Below are positions 1-8,456 of a stretch of DNA of 64,000 nt, in pieces; position 1 is the first letter of the stretch, and each line of letters begins with the position of its first letter. This stretch comes from an uncultured Geobacter sp. (GTDB lineage: Bacteria; Desulfobacterota; Desulfuromonadia; Geobacterales; CAIOGM01). A program made the position numbers and the translations under genes. Location of the stretch: assembly GCA_903902855.1 (NCBI GenBank), contig CAIUWK010000095.1, positions 5,887-69,886 of the forward strand, read 5' to 3'. The notes beneath the pieces are model-generated. The model worked only from the letters and a program-made list of their open reading frames with translations, did no database searches and was not told the origin of the DNA.

Positions 1-315
1 GAAAAGCCGGTAGGTGCCGCCGTAGAGATCCTCGGTGACCACAAGATGGTCGCCGCTCTTGAAGAGGAAGAGGAGGCTGGCAATGGCGGCCATCCCCGTG
101 GAGTAGGCAAAACCCCGGGCCCCACCGTCCATCCGGGCCATCCCCTCTTCAAGTGCTTGGCGGGTGGGGTTCCCCGAGCGGCTGTAGTCGTAGCCGGTAC
201 TCTGCCCCAGCCCAGGATGGCGGAAGGTAGCAGTCTGGTAAATGGGGACCGTCACGGCCCCGGTGCGGGTATCCCAGTCGAGGCCGATCTGTGCTGCCTG
301 AGTCGCGATGTTCAT
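1..315 (-). CDS. Cys/Met-metabolism PLP-dependent enzyme (cystathionine gamma-synthase/beta-lyase family); N-terminal 105 codons only, gene runs off the window
   Basis: Reverse translation from the ATG at 315-313 gives MNIATQAAQIGLDWDTRTGAVTVPIYQTATFRHPGLGQSTGYDYSRSGNPTRQALEEGMARMDGGARGFAYSTGMAAIASLLFLFKSGDHLVVTEDLYGGTYRLF, a typical N-terminus for the trans-sulfuration PLP family. There is a GGAGGA SD at 326-321 and a SAM-I riboswitch immediately upstream. The gene is absent from the ORF track because it is truncated by the window edge. Confidence 0.8.
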   Translation of the reverse strand, partial: MNIATQAAQIGLDWDTRTGAVTVPIYQTATFRHPGLGQSTGYDYSRSGNPTRQALEEGMARMDGGARGFAYSTGMAAIASLLFLFKSGDHLVVTEDLYGGTYRLF

Positions 316-330
316 GCTCTTCCTCCAAAG

Positions 331-490
331 AAAAATCCCCTTCCGGGGTGCGGAAGAGGATTCCTTGTCAGGTCTCACTCTTCCTTATCTTCCGAAAACG
401 CTTGCGCGCTTTCGCGGGAATTGGCACCTTCCTTGAGGAGGTTGCCGCGACGTCGTAGGGCCCGTCCCTCGGTCGCTCTTGATAAGAAAT
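331..490 (-). promoter_or_regulatory. SAM-I (S-box) riboswitch with intrinsic terminator expression platform
   Basis: The minus-strand read is TTCTTATCAAGAGCGACCGAGGGACGGGCCCTACGACGTCGCGGCAACC...GGTGCCAATTCC...GGAAGATAAGGAAG (about 489-381). It matches the S-box conserved cores (CTTATCAAGAG, GAGGGA, GGCAAC, GGTGCNAATTCC, closing AGATAAG). It is followed by the hairpin CTTCCG-CACCC-CGGAAG (356-340) and a U-run directly before the SD of the PLP-enzyme gene. Confidence 0.85.
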
Positions 491-736
491 CGTGTATGCA
501 GTTGTCTGTTGTTATGCAATCTAACGTGATGATACTAAATTGAAGATGAGGCACTTGTCAAGGAGTATTATGGCAGGTATTGCAGTAACTATTTTTTGTG
601 AACCTGCCAAATTTGTGTGGTTCTTGGATGGTAGGAGGCCTATTTTCTACGGCAGGCAGTAATCTCAATGAGCAAACACAATCATCATTAGTCTTCCAAG
701 CATGCACCTGTAGAGTAGGGAGTTGATTAACAGAAA

Positions 737-768
737 AAGAACGACGGGCAGAATGCCCCGTCGTTCTT
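737..768 (-). terminator. Rho-independent terminator after cassette A
   Basis: A 12-bp perfect stem (737-748 paired with 757-768) is followed on the minus strand by a U-run (RC of cagaaaaa, 731-738). It lies about 30 nt downstream of the stop at 800. Confidence 0.7.
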
Positions 769-799
769 CAGTGACGGCACAACAGGCGAGCGCCTGCTG

Positions 800-3241
800 C
801 TACCTGAGCGGGAAATTGATATAAATCACATGGTTTCCGCCAACGTCGTCATATTCGAGCTTCCATTTGAGCTGGTAATCTTTCACAACATTACGCCGGT
901 CAATACGGAATGAGAAAGTGTCACTCGAGGTTTTGACGGCACCACCTGCAATAGAACCGAAACTTGCCACGCCATCCACTGGAGTGACCGTCGCCGGCCA
1001 CGAGTCCAATGTCATCTTTACGTTGTTGGCCGGTGTGTTGCCCCGGTTGCGCATGTCAAACTTGTAGGTGTATTCATAGATAAACGTATTGATCCGTTTT
1101 TCACTGACCTTCACATAGTTCTCGGGCCAGAGGTCGACGACGAAAACCTGGGTATAGGTCTGGGTTGTGGCGGTCAGGCCTTTATTGTCCGTTACCCGGA
1201 GGCCAATCTGACCTGAATACGGGGTCGCCCAGATGTGCTGGACCGTCGAACTCGAACCGCTGCTGGTCTCAAAGGTGCCGTTCCCGTCCAAATCCCACTC
1301 GTACAAAGCAATGGAACCACCGGGATTCGGGGAGAATGAGGCCGATCCGTTGAAGGTGATGGGTGACCCGATCACGCCGTTATACGGACCGCCCGCATTG
1401 GCGACCGGCGCTACCCAAGTAGTGCTGATGGTGACCGGAACGACTACTTCTCCGATTTCCTGGGGTGACGAGTTATCGCCCACCGTTAATTTTGCGTTGA
1501 CGGTATAATCTGCTGGTGGACTTTTTTCCAGGTATCCGGCATAGGAGATCGGCCCGGAAACGGGGAAGTTGCCACTCAGTATGGTGGTGCCGTCACCCTT
1601 CACATCGATCCAATACTTGGTCAAACTCTTCGCGGGATCCTGATGATAGGAGCCGCTGATATCGAATTTGACCGGCTTGAGTGCCGGAGTGGGGTTGGGG
1701 CTGACCGTCATGACGGCGATGGGACGGAAGGTGAAGACGTTCCTCGTCAGTATCTCGACCGCCCAAGCCGTGTCAAACGTATAATAATACGTCAGATAAA
1801 ATGAACCATCACCATTCTGTATTGATAGAAGATAGGTGCTGTATTCATCGTACCAGTCCCAGCCGCCAAGCAACTGGATCTCCGAATAGGTGTCACCGAT
1901 TCCGTCTCCGTTCGTGTCGACCTTCGCAATGCGGGCTCCTTTGGCTACGGCATACATTGAGTACATGTTGCCGGTTCCATGCTCCTGTGTGCCTAGATAG
2001 TTGCCTGCGGCAACGATGCGATCAAATGTTTTGACCTTTCCTTCGAACGACATCTGGCAGATTCCGGAAGCGGTGAGCGCTGCACCCGTTCCCAGCCCCG
2101 TATACCCGAGAGCCCCATAGTACCATTGACCCTCATAGCCGGTGAAGTACTGGCTGTAATTGATCCAGTTAAAGTTATCAGTCTTGATTTTCGGGTGAAT
2201 GGCCACGCCCCAGCCGAACTCTGCCGCTTCCATCCCGATCGAGGGCCATTGACAGGCGGAGTTATCAGGCCAATTCTGAGGGCCGTAACGCCAGCCGCCT
2301 AAACCAGGGTACTGCGCATAGTCAGCGTAATCAACCATGTCTTCAACCAGCTTCCGGTAGGTCTTGCCGATCACGCCTGTTGGTCCCGTGGTCGCAACGA
2401 GTTCGGGCGCACCGCTTAATTTGTCACCGGCGCCCACCAGCGCCATCATGTACATGCCGATCTTGTAGGGCCCGCGGTAATCATACATGGGATAGTAATT
2501 GTCCGCCACATACTCACCATTACCATTGCTGTCATACTGGGGATCAACTCCGACAGCCATAAGTGTCGATATTGCGTAATCGAGACCACGGTGAACGGTA
2601 TCGGCGTAGATTCGTCCTTTCTCCCATATCGCCCTGTCGGCCGCATTAACGACGCCGTCGCCGTTCTGATCCTTCGTAACCGGCTTATGGCCTCTGTTCT
2701 CGAAGGCCAGGACTGCGGCTGCTGTCTCCGCCCCGGCTGAAGAATAATAATTCCAGTAATATATTGAACCATCCGAGTATTGAGAGAGATAAAGATATTT
2801 CAGTCCTCTTTCGATGGCAAGCTGTATCCTGGCATCCTTGTCCACGACAGGTTTCACGTAGATACGGACCGTGGCGCTGTTCAGCAGGCCGTTGCCGTCT
2901 GTCACGGTCAGGGTTGCGTCATAGACGCCGGCGGCTGTGTAGGCATAGTTGACCGAGATGTTTCTGGCATCGGTCACTGTGCCGTTGACCACGGGGGACC
3001 CATCACCGAAGTTCCAGGAATAGGTGCCAGTTGTGGAATCTCCCCACTTCACGTTGCCCCAGACATCAAGGGAGTTACCAACCCAGGTGTAGGCGCTCTG
3101 CGCGGTGTCTCCGCTCGGCATGACATTGACACTTGGACCGTTGGCGAAAATAGCAAGAGCAATCGATGACCATCCCATCAGACATAACAGCCACAGGACA
3201 AAAACCGATCTGAGGCTCCATCTTTGTACCCAGTATTTCAT
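800..3241 (-). CDS. Secreted multidomain protein: signal peptide, PKD domain, alpha/alpha-toroid (prenyltransferase/squalene-cyclase-repeat-like) domain, Ig-like/PKD domains, C-terminal beta-sandwich (copy A)
   Basis: The ORF spans 800-3295. The start is chosen at MKYWVQRW (3241) because it has a GGAG SD. The protein has a hydrophobic signal sequence and PKD motifs WNFGDGS and YEWDLDGNG. The central region has repeated QxxDGS/GGW-type motifs (QYSDGSIYYW, LGGWRYG, QNGDGSFY) and a DxNGDGVVNAAD calcium-loop-like motif. It is a paralogue of 9329-11842. Confidence 0.7.
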   Translation of the reverse strand: MKYWVQRWSLRSVFVLWLLCLMGWSSIALAIFANGPSVNVMPSGDTAQSAYTWVGNSLDVWGNVKWGDSTTGTYSWNFGDGSPVVNGTVTDARNISVNYAYTAAGVYDATLTVTDGNGLLNSATVRIYVKPVVDKDARIQLAIERGLKYLYLSQYSDGSIYYWNYYSSAGAETAAAVLAFENRGHKPVTKDQNGDGVVNAADRAIWEKGRIYADTVHRGLDYAISTLMAVGVDPQYDSNGNGEYVADNYYPMYDYRGPYKIGMYMMALVGAGDKLSGAPELVATTGPTGVIGKTYRKLVEDMVDYADYAQYPGLGGWRYGPQNWPDNSACQWPSIGMEAAEFGWGVAIHPKIKTDNFNWINYSQYFTGYEGQWYYGALGYTGLGTGAALTASGICQMSFEGKVKTFDRIVAAGNYLGTQEHGTGNMYSMYAVAKGARIAKVDTNGDGIGDTYSEIQLLGGWDWYDEYSTYLLSIQNGDGSFYLTYYYTFDTAWAVEILTRNVFTFRPIAVMTVSPNPTPALKPVKFDISGSYHQDPAKSLTKYWIDVKGDGTTILSGNFPVSGPISYAGYLEKSPPADYTVNAKLTVGDNSSPQEIGEVVVPVTISTTWVAPVANAGGPYNGVIGSPITFNGSASFSPNPGGSIALYEWDLDGNGTFETSSGSSSTVQHIWATPYSGQIGLRVTDNKGLTATTQTYTQVFVVDLWPENYVKVSEKRINTFIYEYTYKFDMRNRGNTPANNVKMTLDSWPATVTPVDGVASFGSIAGGAVKTSSDTFSFRIDRRNVVKDYQLKWKLEYDDVGGNHVIYINFPLR

Positions 3242-3324
3242 GACTATCTCCTTATGGGTAATGCAGTTAGATGCCGACACGAAATCGACTCGCATCCGTG
3301 TGCCACGCTAAACCTACGGATCTA

Positions 3325-3909
3325 TTATCCCATTTTACGCCTGATGAAAATTAAACCACCAAGACCGGCCCCCAGCAGTAGGAACGTGGACGGCTCCGGC
3401 ACGGAGGAGCCTCCCTGCAATTCGGTATAGCCCGTATCAGTGGTGCTGTAATCGCCGGTCGCTTGATTGATGGTGCCGACCTGATAATAGAGGTGGTCAA
3501 AGGTTCCCCCCGGTTGCATGGTAAATGATGTAGTGAAGCCGCCGAAGCTGCCACCGGAGACAATACCGCTGCCGATCGCATCGGAGTTGTAGATCCCGGG
3601 GTTGTCGATGGCCGACGGCTCAAAGGAGTAGGAGAACCATCCTGAGGGTAAACTGACGCCATTGGAATCGGGGATAAAATTCGAGAACGACTCTGTTTGT
3701 GTAAAATTCAGACCGTCACTCGTCTGGCCGAAGTAGATCGATAGCCACTGGATCGGGTCAGTCAGTGTGTCGTTCTGTACCGTGAAGTTTAGCGTGTACG
3801 CAGGGGGCATGGAACCGGCAACCGAATACCGCAGATGTGTTGCCGAAGCCGTGGTAGCCATCCCCACCAAAATCATACCTGCCAGCATTATTATCATGAA
3901 CTTTTTCAT
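3325..3909 (-). CDS. PEP-CTERM sorting-domain protein (copy A)
   Basis: The C-terminus is VPEPSTFLLLGAGLGGLIFIRRKMG (PEP motif, TM helix, basic tail). The N-terminal signal MKKFMIIMLAGMILVGMATTASA follows a GGGGGTGAGAGG SD. A sigma-54 promoter lies upstream. Confidence 0.85.
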   Translation of the reverse strand: MKKFMIIMLAGMILVGMATTASATHLRYSVAGSMPPAYTLNFTVQNDTLTDPIQWLSIYFGQTSDGLNFTQTESFSNFIPDSNGVSLPSGWFSYSFEPSAIDNPGIYNSDAIGSGIVSGGSFGGFTTSFTMQPGGTFDHLYYQVGTINQATGDYSTTDTGYTELQGGSSVPEPSTFLLLGAGLGGLIFIRRKMG

Positions 3910-3998
3910 CCTCTCACCCCCTTGTAGCACTCGTAGAGTTCGTTTTCCTAACATTGCCGAATCCTCCCTTCATGAAGATTAATGTGCACAAACACACC

Positions 3999-4014
3999 TG
4001 CAACATATGTGCCG
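3999..4014 (-). promoter_or_regulatory. Sigma-54 (-24/-12) promoter of PEP-CTERM gene A
   Basis: The minus-strand read is cGGCAC-atatg-TTGCA. This has the GG-N10-GC spacing of the TGGCAC-N5-TTGCW consensus. It sits about 90 nt upstream of the start at 3909. Confidence 0.6.
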
Positions 4015-4161
4015 TTTAATTTGCTCGCATCTAATCTACAGCCGACTGCGGCAGCTCCCCGCTGAAGTAAGAAACCATCCTTCTTGAGGGTACTTCACTA
4101 CGGCTTGCATCCCGGTGACTGATAAAAATGACGACGTTGTGCTCTTCTCGGGCATGAGCGA

Positions 4162-4211
4162 GTGTCGACTTTCTTTACACTTCTTCCCAGTGACTGTCGA
4201 AATTCTTTACA
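4162..4211 (-). promoter_or_regulatory. Tandem direct-repeat candidate enhancer (UAS) for the sigma-54 promoter, copy A
   Basis: GTGTCGACTTTCTTTACA (4162-4179) and CTGTCGAAATTCTTTACA (4194-4211) are 32 bp apart start to start. They lie about 150-210 bp upstream of the -24/-12 element. The same pair is present in copy B. Confidence 0.4.
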
Positions 4212-4515
4212 ATAAATCTCCCCGAATTAATTGCTGGACTGCTAGGATCAAAACACACCCGCAGGCGCCGGCAACCAGCCAAACAGGTGAGATCTGAACA
4301 GCCATGACGGCTCCATCCAGGAGAGAAATCCCGGCAAGCATGAGCAGCACGAGGGGCACGGCATAGGGTGTGCCCCTCGTGTTTTCATGACGCGCCACAG
4401 CGTAACAACACACGGCCCAAAGGGATCGGGCGGGAAGGACGTTTCAGACGATCTATTCCTGCATCGCAGATATCGTTAAGACACATGCCGCCAGAATAAT
4501 TGAGCGAAAGAGACA
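4207..4515 (-). pseudogene. eboC: eboC (UbiA prenyltransferase) relic with N-terminus and central ~280 bp deleted
   Basis: 4207-4400 aligns to the 3' end of 12910-13100 (VARHENTRGTPYAVPLV...ISPVWL vs VARHENRRSKPYAVPLV...ISPVWL). 4400-4515 aligns to B 13380-13500 (YSGGMCLNDICDAGIDRLKRPSRPIP). No start codon remains. Confidence 0.8.
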
Positions 4516-4693
4516 CATGGGGAAGCCACCGGTCCAGAAGCGTGGTAAGTCTGGTCGTGTAATCTGCCCGTTCTCGCCGCCGCAGCGCGGCAGGAGCAAA
4601 TGCAGATTTGATGGAAGGAAGATGATCCCGAAGGGGGGCAAAGGTTGCATCCCAGCTTTCACCTGGATGTATGTTGGTGCAGGAGGTGATTAC
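4516..4693 (-). pseudogene. eboE: eboE relic (N-terminal fragments only); eboF entirely deleted at the eboC/eboE junction
   Basis: 4516-4570 aligns to B about 15730-15785. 4570-4693 aligns to B about 15960-16081 (ITSCTNIHPGESW). The start-codon position reads GTA instead of GTG. About 2.2 kb (the rest of eboE, all of eboF, and the eboC N-terminus) is missing relative to copy B. Confidence 0.75.
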
Positions 4694-5128
4694 ACGGCAC
4701 TGAATTTGGAATACTGACCGAAGAAGGTCGCCGGATTGTCATAAATAACCTTCCGGATCAGCTCGATTCCGTATCGTTCGAGGATGTCGACGGTCCGGGC
4801 AGGGCTGCATTTGAAGTTCCGGTAGAGGGTCACCCCGGCCCGGAAGCCCCGCGCCAGATCTCCCCGATGGTATGCTCTTCGGCATGGTCGATGAGAACCC
4901 GTTCCGCTCTGCAGCCAGGGCGATCTGCAACTCCAGCACCGTGACCTCGTTCCGTCTGTTCTTGTTGATGACGATCTCTCCCACCCCCAACACCGTGGGA
5001 CGGTCCAAGTAGTCGGGCATGATTGCCAGTACTTCCCGTGCCAGGGCAAGGTCTTTGGCCTGCTTGGGGTTCTGGCAGATCCAGCAGTAATGCCGGATGC
5101 CGAACTTTGCGGCCTAGGCCGGCTCCCC
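4690..5128 (-). pseudogene. eboB: eboB (TatD-family hydrolase) relic with several internal deletions, frameshifts and an in-frame stop
   Basis: Pieces in different frames match 16078-16881: GVTLYRNFKCSPARTVDILERYGIE, LDRPTVLGVGEIVINKNRRNEVTVLELQIALAAER and AKFGIRHYCWICQNPK. Gaps of about 100 and about 110 bp exist relative to B, there is a TAG at about 5115, and the N-terminal metal-binding HxH region is lost. Confidence 0.8.
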
Positions 5129-5232
5129 CACGATGAAAGGAATGCGGCGACCTCCAGAATACGCGCCCGGTTCTCAAGAAACGAGCCTTCCAGTATCTCT
5201 TGTGCCGATAGCTGACTTTTCAGACAGTCCAT
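5129..5232 (-). pseudogene. eboA: eboA-position gene relic (first ~32 codons only, fused to the eboB relic)
   Basis: MDCLKSQLSAQEILEGSFLENRARILEVAAF matches the N-terminus of 16868-17182 and then breaks off. The track ORF 4690-5316 is a chimera of these relics. Confidence 0.7.
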
Positions 5233-6391
5233 GACTCTCTCCTCTTCTGCTCTCCTTGGCAGCCAGGGTTGAGATGCACTCCTGATACACGTCAACATCA
5301 ATCTCATGAACCTCAATCCTCTTCCCGACCCCCTTCAAGAGCGGTATGGAGAGGACTCCCCCCAGATGCTCCCGGAACTCCTGGAGCGCCCGGGCTATGT
5401 CGATCCACCGAAGTGCCGTGTCATAGAGGGTGAAGCCCACCTCTTCCAGCAGCGTCAGTATCCGGTGCAGATCCAGGTCACTTATCAGCGACCGCCGGTG
5501 GGAGTAGAGGGAGTCGAGGGCAATCCCGATGGCTACGGCCTCACCATGCCTGAGCTCGCCATGGGTCAACTCTTCCAGCTTGTGGGCCGTCCAGTGACCG
5601 AAGTCCAACGGCCGTGACGTCCCGAATTCGAAGGGGTCGCCGCAGCTGCGGATATGCTCCAGATGAAGTTCGGCACAGCTGACGATCAACCGCTCCATGG
5701 CCGGTGGAGAAAAAACCGACAGTTCCCGGCGCTGGGCATAGAGGCGCTGGAAAAAAGGGCGATCCTTGATCAGGGCAACCTTGATCGCCTCGGCAATACC
5801 GGCCCGCTGGTCGCGTTCCGTAAGGGTTCGGAGAAAATCAAAGTCATTGATTACGGCGCAAGGGGGGGCAAAAGTCCCGAGAAAATTCTTCCGGCCAAAA
5901 GCGTTAACGCCGTTCTTGACCCCAACGCCGGCGTCATTCTGGGCCAACACCGTAGTCGGCAACCGGATCAGCCGAATGCCGCGATGGGCGGTGGCAGCCG
6001 CATACCCGACCACATCCAGCACTGCCCCACCTCCCATGGCAATGATAAAGGAATGACGGCAGAGCCCCTCCTTCTCCACCAGAGCGTGAAGCCGCTCGAC
6101 TTCCTGTGGCTTATTCTTGCACCCTTCGCCCCCCGGTAAAACCAGGGGGTGAGTGACGAATTCAAGGAGCCCCTGATGCAACGAGGCAAACCGTTTGATT
6201 TTTTCCAAGAGTCCAGTCGTCAGCCGCGCCACCTCCGAATCGATGACCAAGGCGATCCTCACAGGTCTCTCGCCGTAGGAGGAGAGAAGCTCAGGCAGGA
6301 CCGGGTTCCCTTCGCCGAACAGATCACGGGTGAAGAAGACCGGATATGAATAAGAAAGCGTGAATTCCTGCCGGATGCTCTCCATGATCAC
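5174..6391 (-). CDS. eboD: 3-dehydroquinate-synthase-family sugar-phosphate cyclase, EboD-type (copy A, intact)
   Basis: This 405-aa ORF carries DHQS-family motifs (GGGAVLDVVGYAAATAHRGIRLIRLPTT, NDAGVGVKNG, HWTAHKLE, HGEAVAIG). It is collinear with 17124-18335 at high identity (about 85% by eye). Confidence 0.8.
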   Translation of the reverse strand: MIMESIRQEFTLSYSYPVFFTRDLFGEGNPVLPELLSSYGERPVRIALVIDSEVARLTTGLLEKIKRFASLHQGLLEFVTHPLVLPGGEGCKNKPQEVERLHALVEKEGLCRHSFIIAMGGGAVLDVVGYAAATAHRGIRLIRLPTTVLAQNDAGVGVKNGVNAFGRKNFLGTFAPPCAVINDFDFLRTLTERDQRAGIAEAIKVALIKDRPFFQRLYAQRRELSVFSPPAMERLIVSCAELHLEHIRSCGDPFEFGTSRPLDFGHWTAHKLEELTHGELRHGEAVAIGIALDSLYSHRRSLISDLDLHRILTLLEEVGFTLYDTALRWIDIARALQEFREHLGGVLSIPLLKGVGKRIEVHEIDVDVYQECISTLAAKESRRGESHGLSEKSAIGTRDTGRLVS

Positions 6392-6394
6392 CCC

Positions 6395-7573
6395 CTATAA
6401 GCCCCGGGAGATGATCTCCAGGGTGATGACCGCGTACGCGGTGACGAGCCCAGGATCCTTCTCCCACCAGCGGCCGTTGGCATTGGCCCAGAAGCCATCG
6501 CCGTTCTGCAGGTCGATCAGCTTCTTTGCCAGATCCCTGCGCCAGTTGACGCTCTTCCCACTCTTGAGGGTCAGGTTGTCCACCCCGTAGACGCTGAGGG
6601 CCTTGGCCATGGTGTGGTAGTAATAGTAGAGGCCGTCTTTTCCCATGCCGGGATTTTCGTCAAGGGTATAGTGCCGACGTAGCCAGTCGTAGACCGCCTT
6701 GACCCGGGGATCGTTCCTATCGAGTTGGGCGTAGATGTAGCTCAGCAGTCCGGCATAGCTCATGCTGCCGTATGATCTGAGGGCCACCTTGCCATCAGGA
6801 AGTTTCACCTCGCCCGCCTTGCTCTCATCCGGGAAATAGACGAAGCCACCCTTGTTGTCAGGATCGTCGCTGGCCCACTTCTGATCATTGGAACCGGGGA
6901 GGTTCTGGGTCCGGGAGAGAAACTGGACTGCGGCCTTCCAGTTGAGATCCTTCGCCTCGGCGTCACCGGCAACATCACTTTTGAGGTAGCGGCTGTAATG
7001 GAGCGCTTCCAGGGCGAAGGTCGTATTGGCCAGATCCGAATGTTTGTAGGTACCGCCGTAGCCGATGCCGCCGTCCAGGGGATCGTCTCCCATCCCTTTT
7101 TCCCCGAAATCGTCCTGCAGGCCGATGATATATTTTCGTGCATTCTTGATGACCGGCTGGTATTCCGGCCGGTTGGCCATCAGGAGGGCCATCATGGAGA
7201 TGGAAGTATTATAGTTGGTCAGCTCCTTGCCGTAGATACCTCCGTCAGGTTTGACGTTTGTGAGGAGGTAACCGTATCCTTTGGTTATAGCCTGCTCGTA
7301 TTTCCTCTTATAGAAACCCGACTGGTCCCCCTGGAACCCGGTGAGAACCAGAGCGGTGAGGGCCGGGTACTCCTGCTGTCCCCAGTACCCCTCCGGCTTC
7401 TGCCTTGCAGCCAGCCAAGTCAGCCCCTTGCCGATGGCGTTCTCCACCTCCAGCTTAAGGGAAACGTCGGATTTGGAGCGAGCAACGACCTTCTCCGCGG
7501 CAATAGCCTGGGTCGAGAGTGCCAGCCCCATGACTACCGCGCAGAAAATTTTCCGATTCAGTGACAATTTCAT
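6395..7573 (-). CDS. Secreted prenyltransferase/squalene-cyclase-repeat (alpha/alpha toroid) protein (copy A)
   Basis: The start is at MKLSLN (7573) with a GGAGGA SD, and the signal peptide ends AIA-AE. Toroid-type repeats are present (QKPEGYWG, VKPDGGIYG, DPLDGGIGYGG, NKGGFVYF, QNGDGFWANANGRWWE). It is a paralogue of 18345-19526. Confidence 0.7.
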   Translation of the reverse strand: MKLSLNRKIFCAVVMGLALSTQAIAAEKVVARSKSDVSLKLEVENAIGKGLTWLAARQKPEGYWGQQEYPALTALVLTGFQGDQSGFYKRKYEQAITKGYGYLLTNVKPDGGIYGKELTNYNTSISMMALLMANRPEYQPVIKNARKYIIGLQDDFGEKGMGDDPLDGGIGYGGTYKHSDLANTTFALEALHYSRYLKSDVAGDAEAKDLNWKAAVQFLSRTQNLPGSNDQKWASDDPDNKGGFVYFPDESKAGEVKLPDGKVALRSYGSMSYAGLLSYIYAQLDRNDPRVKAVYDWLRRHYTLDENPGMGKDGLYYYYHTMAKALSVYGVDNLTLKSGKSVNWRRDLAKKLIDLQNGDGFWANANGRWWEKDPGLVTAYAVITLEIISRGL

Positions 7574-7590
7574 GGTTCCTCCACGCAAAG

Positions 7591-8364
7591 TTAATGTTTA
7601 GGTAGTATCGTAACGGTAACCGCACTCCCCACCGGCGGCACGGTGTCTTCCTTAACGAACCATATCTTGTCGCTCTCTCCACCGGCGGAGGCATTGTCAA
7701 TCAAAGCTATCGGATCGTGATAAAGTGCGATTATTGATCCTTCCATCTGCGCCAGGAACTTGCCGTTCCCGACAACGGAGCCCGTATAGATCCACGAGAG
7801 AGTGGATATCTCACACGTCTTTTTATCAATTTTTTTGCAGATCCAGCGTTCATAGTCGTCCGCAGCGGCCTTGCCGTCGGCGCCGACACGGGTGACAAGA
7901 ATCCTTACCGAGTCACCTTTGGGCGTAGAGGGGTCTCCCTGATAGGCAAGAGGCTTGTCGGTCCCTTCATACCCCAGGAGCAGAAAGGCTACCTGAAGCG
8001 GGTAGGGCTCCACGGTGGTGCGCAGGAGACTCTCATGGGTCTTTCCAGCGTTTCGTACCAGGAGATACTCCAGGAGTCCCTTCCCCATATTGACCACGGC
8101 AGGGAATGAAATCGATCGTTCCATTTTGTTGATCAGGATATCTCCTATCCGGAATACGCCCGGAGAGACCTTTTCTATTGCCGGTGGCTGTTGTGCCATG
8201 AATGGCGGTGGGGGGAGCAACGGGCGAGGTGGTGGCGCATTCTTCAAACCAGGTGGGAGTGGATTCTGTACCGCGGGAGGGGCTTCAGCCGTAGCGTTGG
8301 TTGCAACAACCGAGCAGGCGAGCATCAGATACAATCCGATTCGTGTGATACTGCTTCGCTTCAT
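7591..8364 (-). CDS. Secreted protein of unknown function with Pro-rich linker (copy A); possibly YdjY-domain-like (unverified recollection)
   Basis: The protein has a signal peptide, a PPPRPLLPPPPF linker and a conserved core (VSPGVFRIGD...LLEYLLV...GKTHESLLRT...IALYHDP...DKIWF). It is a paralogue of 19544-20323. Its stop is 18 nt before the downstream start. Confidence 0.6.
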   Translation of the reverse strand: MKRSSITRIGLYLMLACSVVATNATAEAPPAVQNPLPPGLKNAPPPRPLLPPPPFMAQQPPAIEKVSPGVFRIGDILINKMERSISFPAVVNMGKGLLEYLLVRNAGKTHESLLRTTVEPYPLQVAFLLLGYEGTDKPLAYQGDPSTPKGDSVRILVTRVGADGKAAADDYERWICKKIDKKTCEISTLSWIYTGSVVGNGKFLAQMEGSIIALYHDPIALIDNASAGGESDKIWFVKEDTVPPVGSAVTVTILPKH

Positions 8365-8456
8365 GAGGTTATGCCTCCTTTCATCTATCCATACCCGCCG
8401 GAACTATCCGCTGTAAAGGAATACGGTTCAACCGGGGCGACGTTACCCTCTACCAC

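Noticed and set aside
422-438. TGGCAC-N5-TTGAGG, a sigma-54-like motif on the plus strand
   Set aside because: It is the reverse complement of the conserved GGTGCCAA core of the S-box aptamer. The -12 element is poor and there is no downstream plus-strand gene.
46-543. 165-aa plus-strand ORF at the start of the window
   Set aside because: It is antisense to a clearly recognisable PLP-enzyme N-terminus (1-315, minus) and runs straight through the SAM-I riboswitch. Its composition is Arg/Pro/Gly-rich, typical of antisense frames in GC-rich DNA.
3296-3311. TGGCACacggaTGCG on the minus strand between the PEP-CTERM gene A and the PKD/toroid gene A
   Set aside because: The GG-to-GC spacing is one nucleotide short of the sigma-54 consensus. 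There is no equivalent element in copy B (11843-11925).
4690-5316. 208-aa ORF that could be annotated as a hypothetical protein
   Set aside because: It is a chimera. It reads the eboA N-terminus, then out-of-frame eboB sequence, then the in-frame eboB C-terminus. It also overlaps the intact eboD 3' end.
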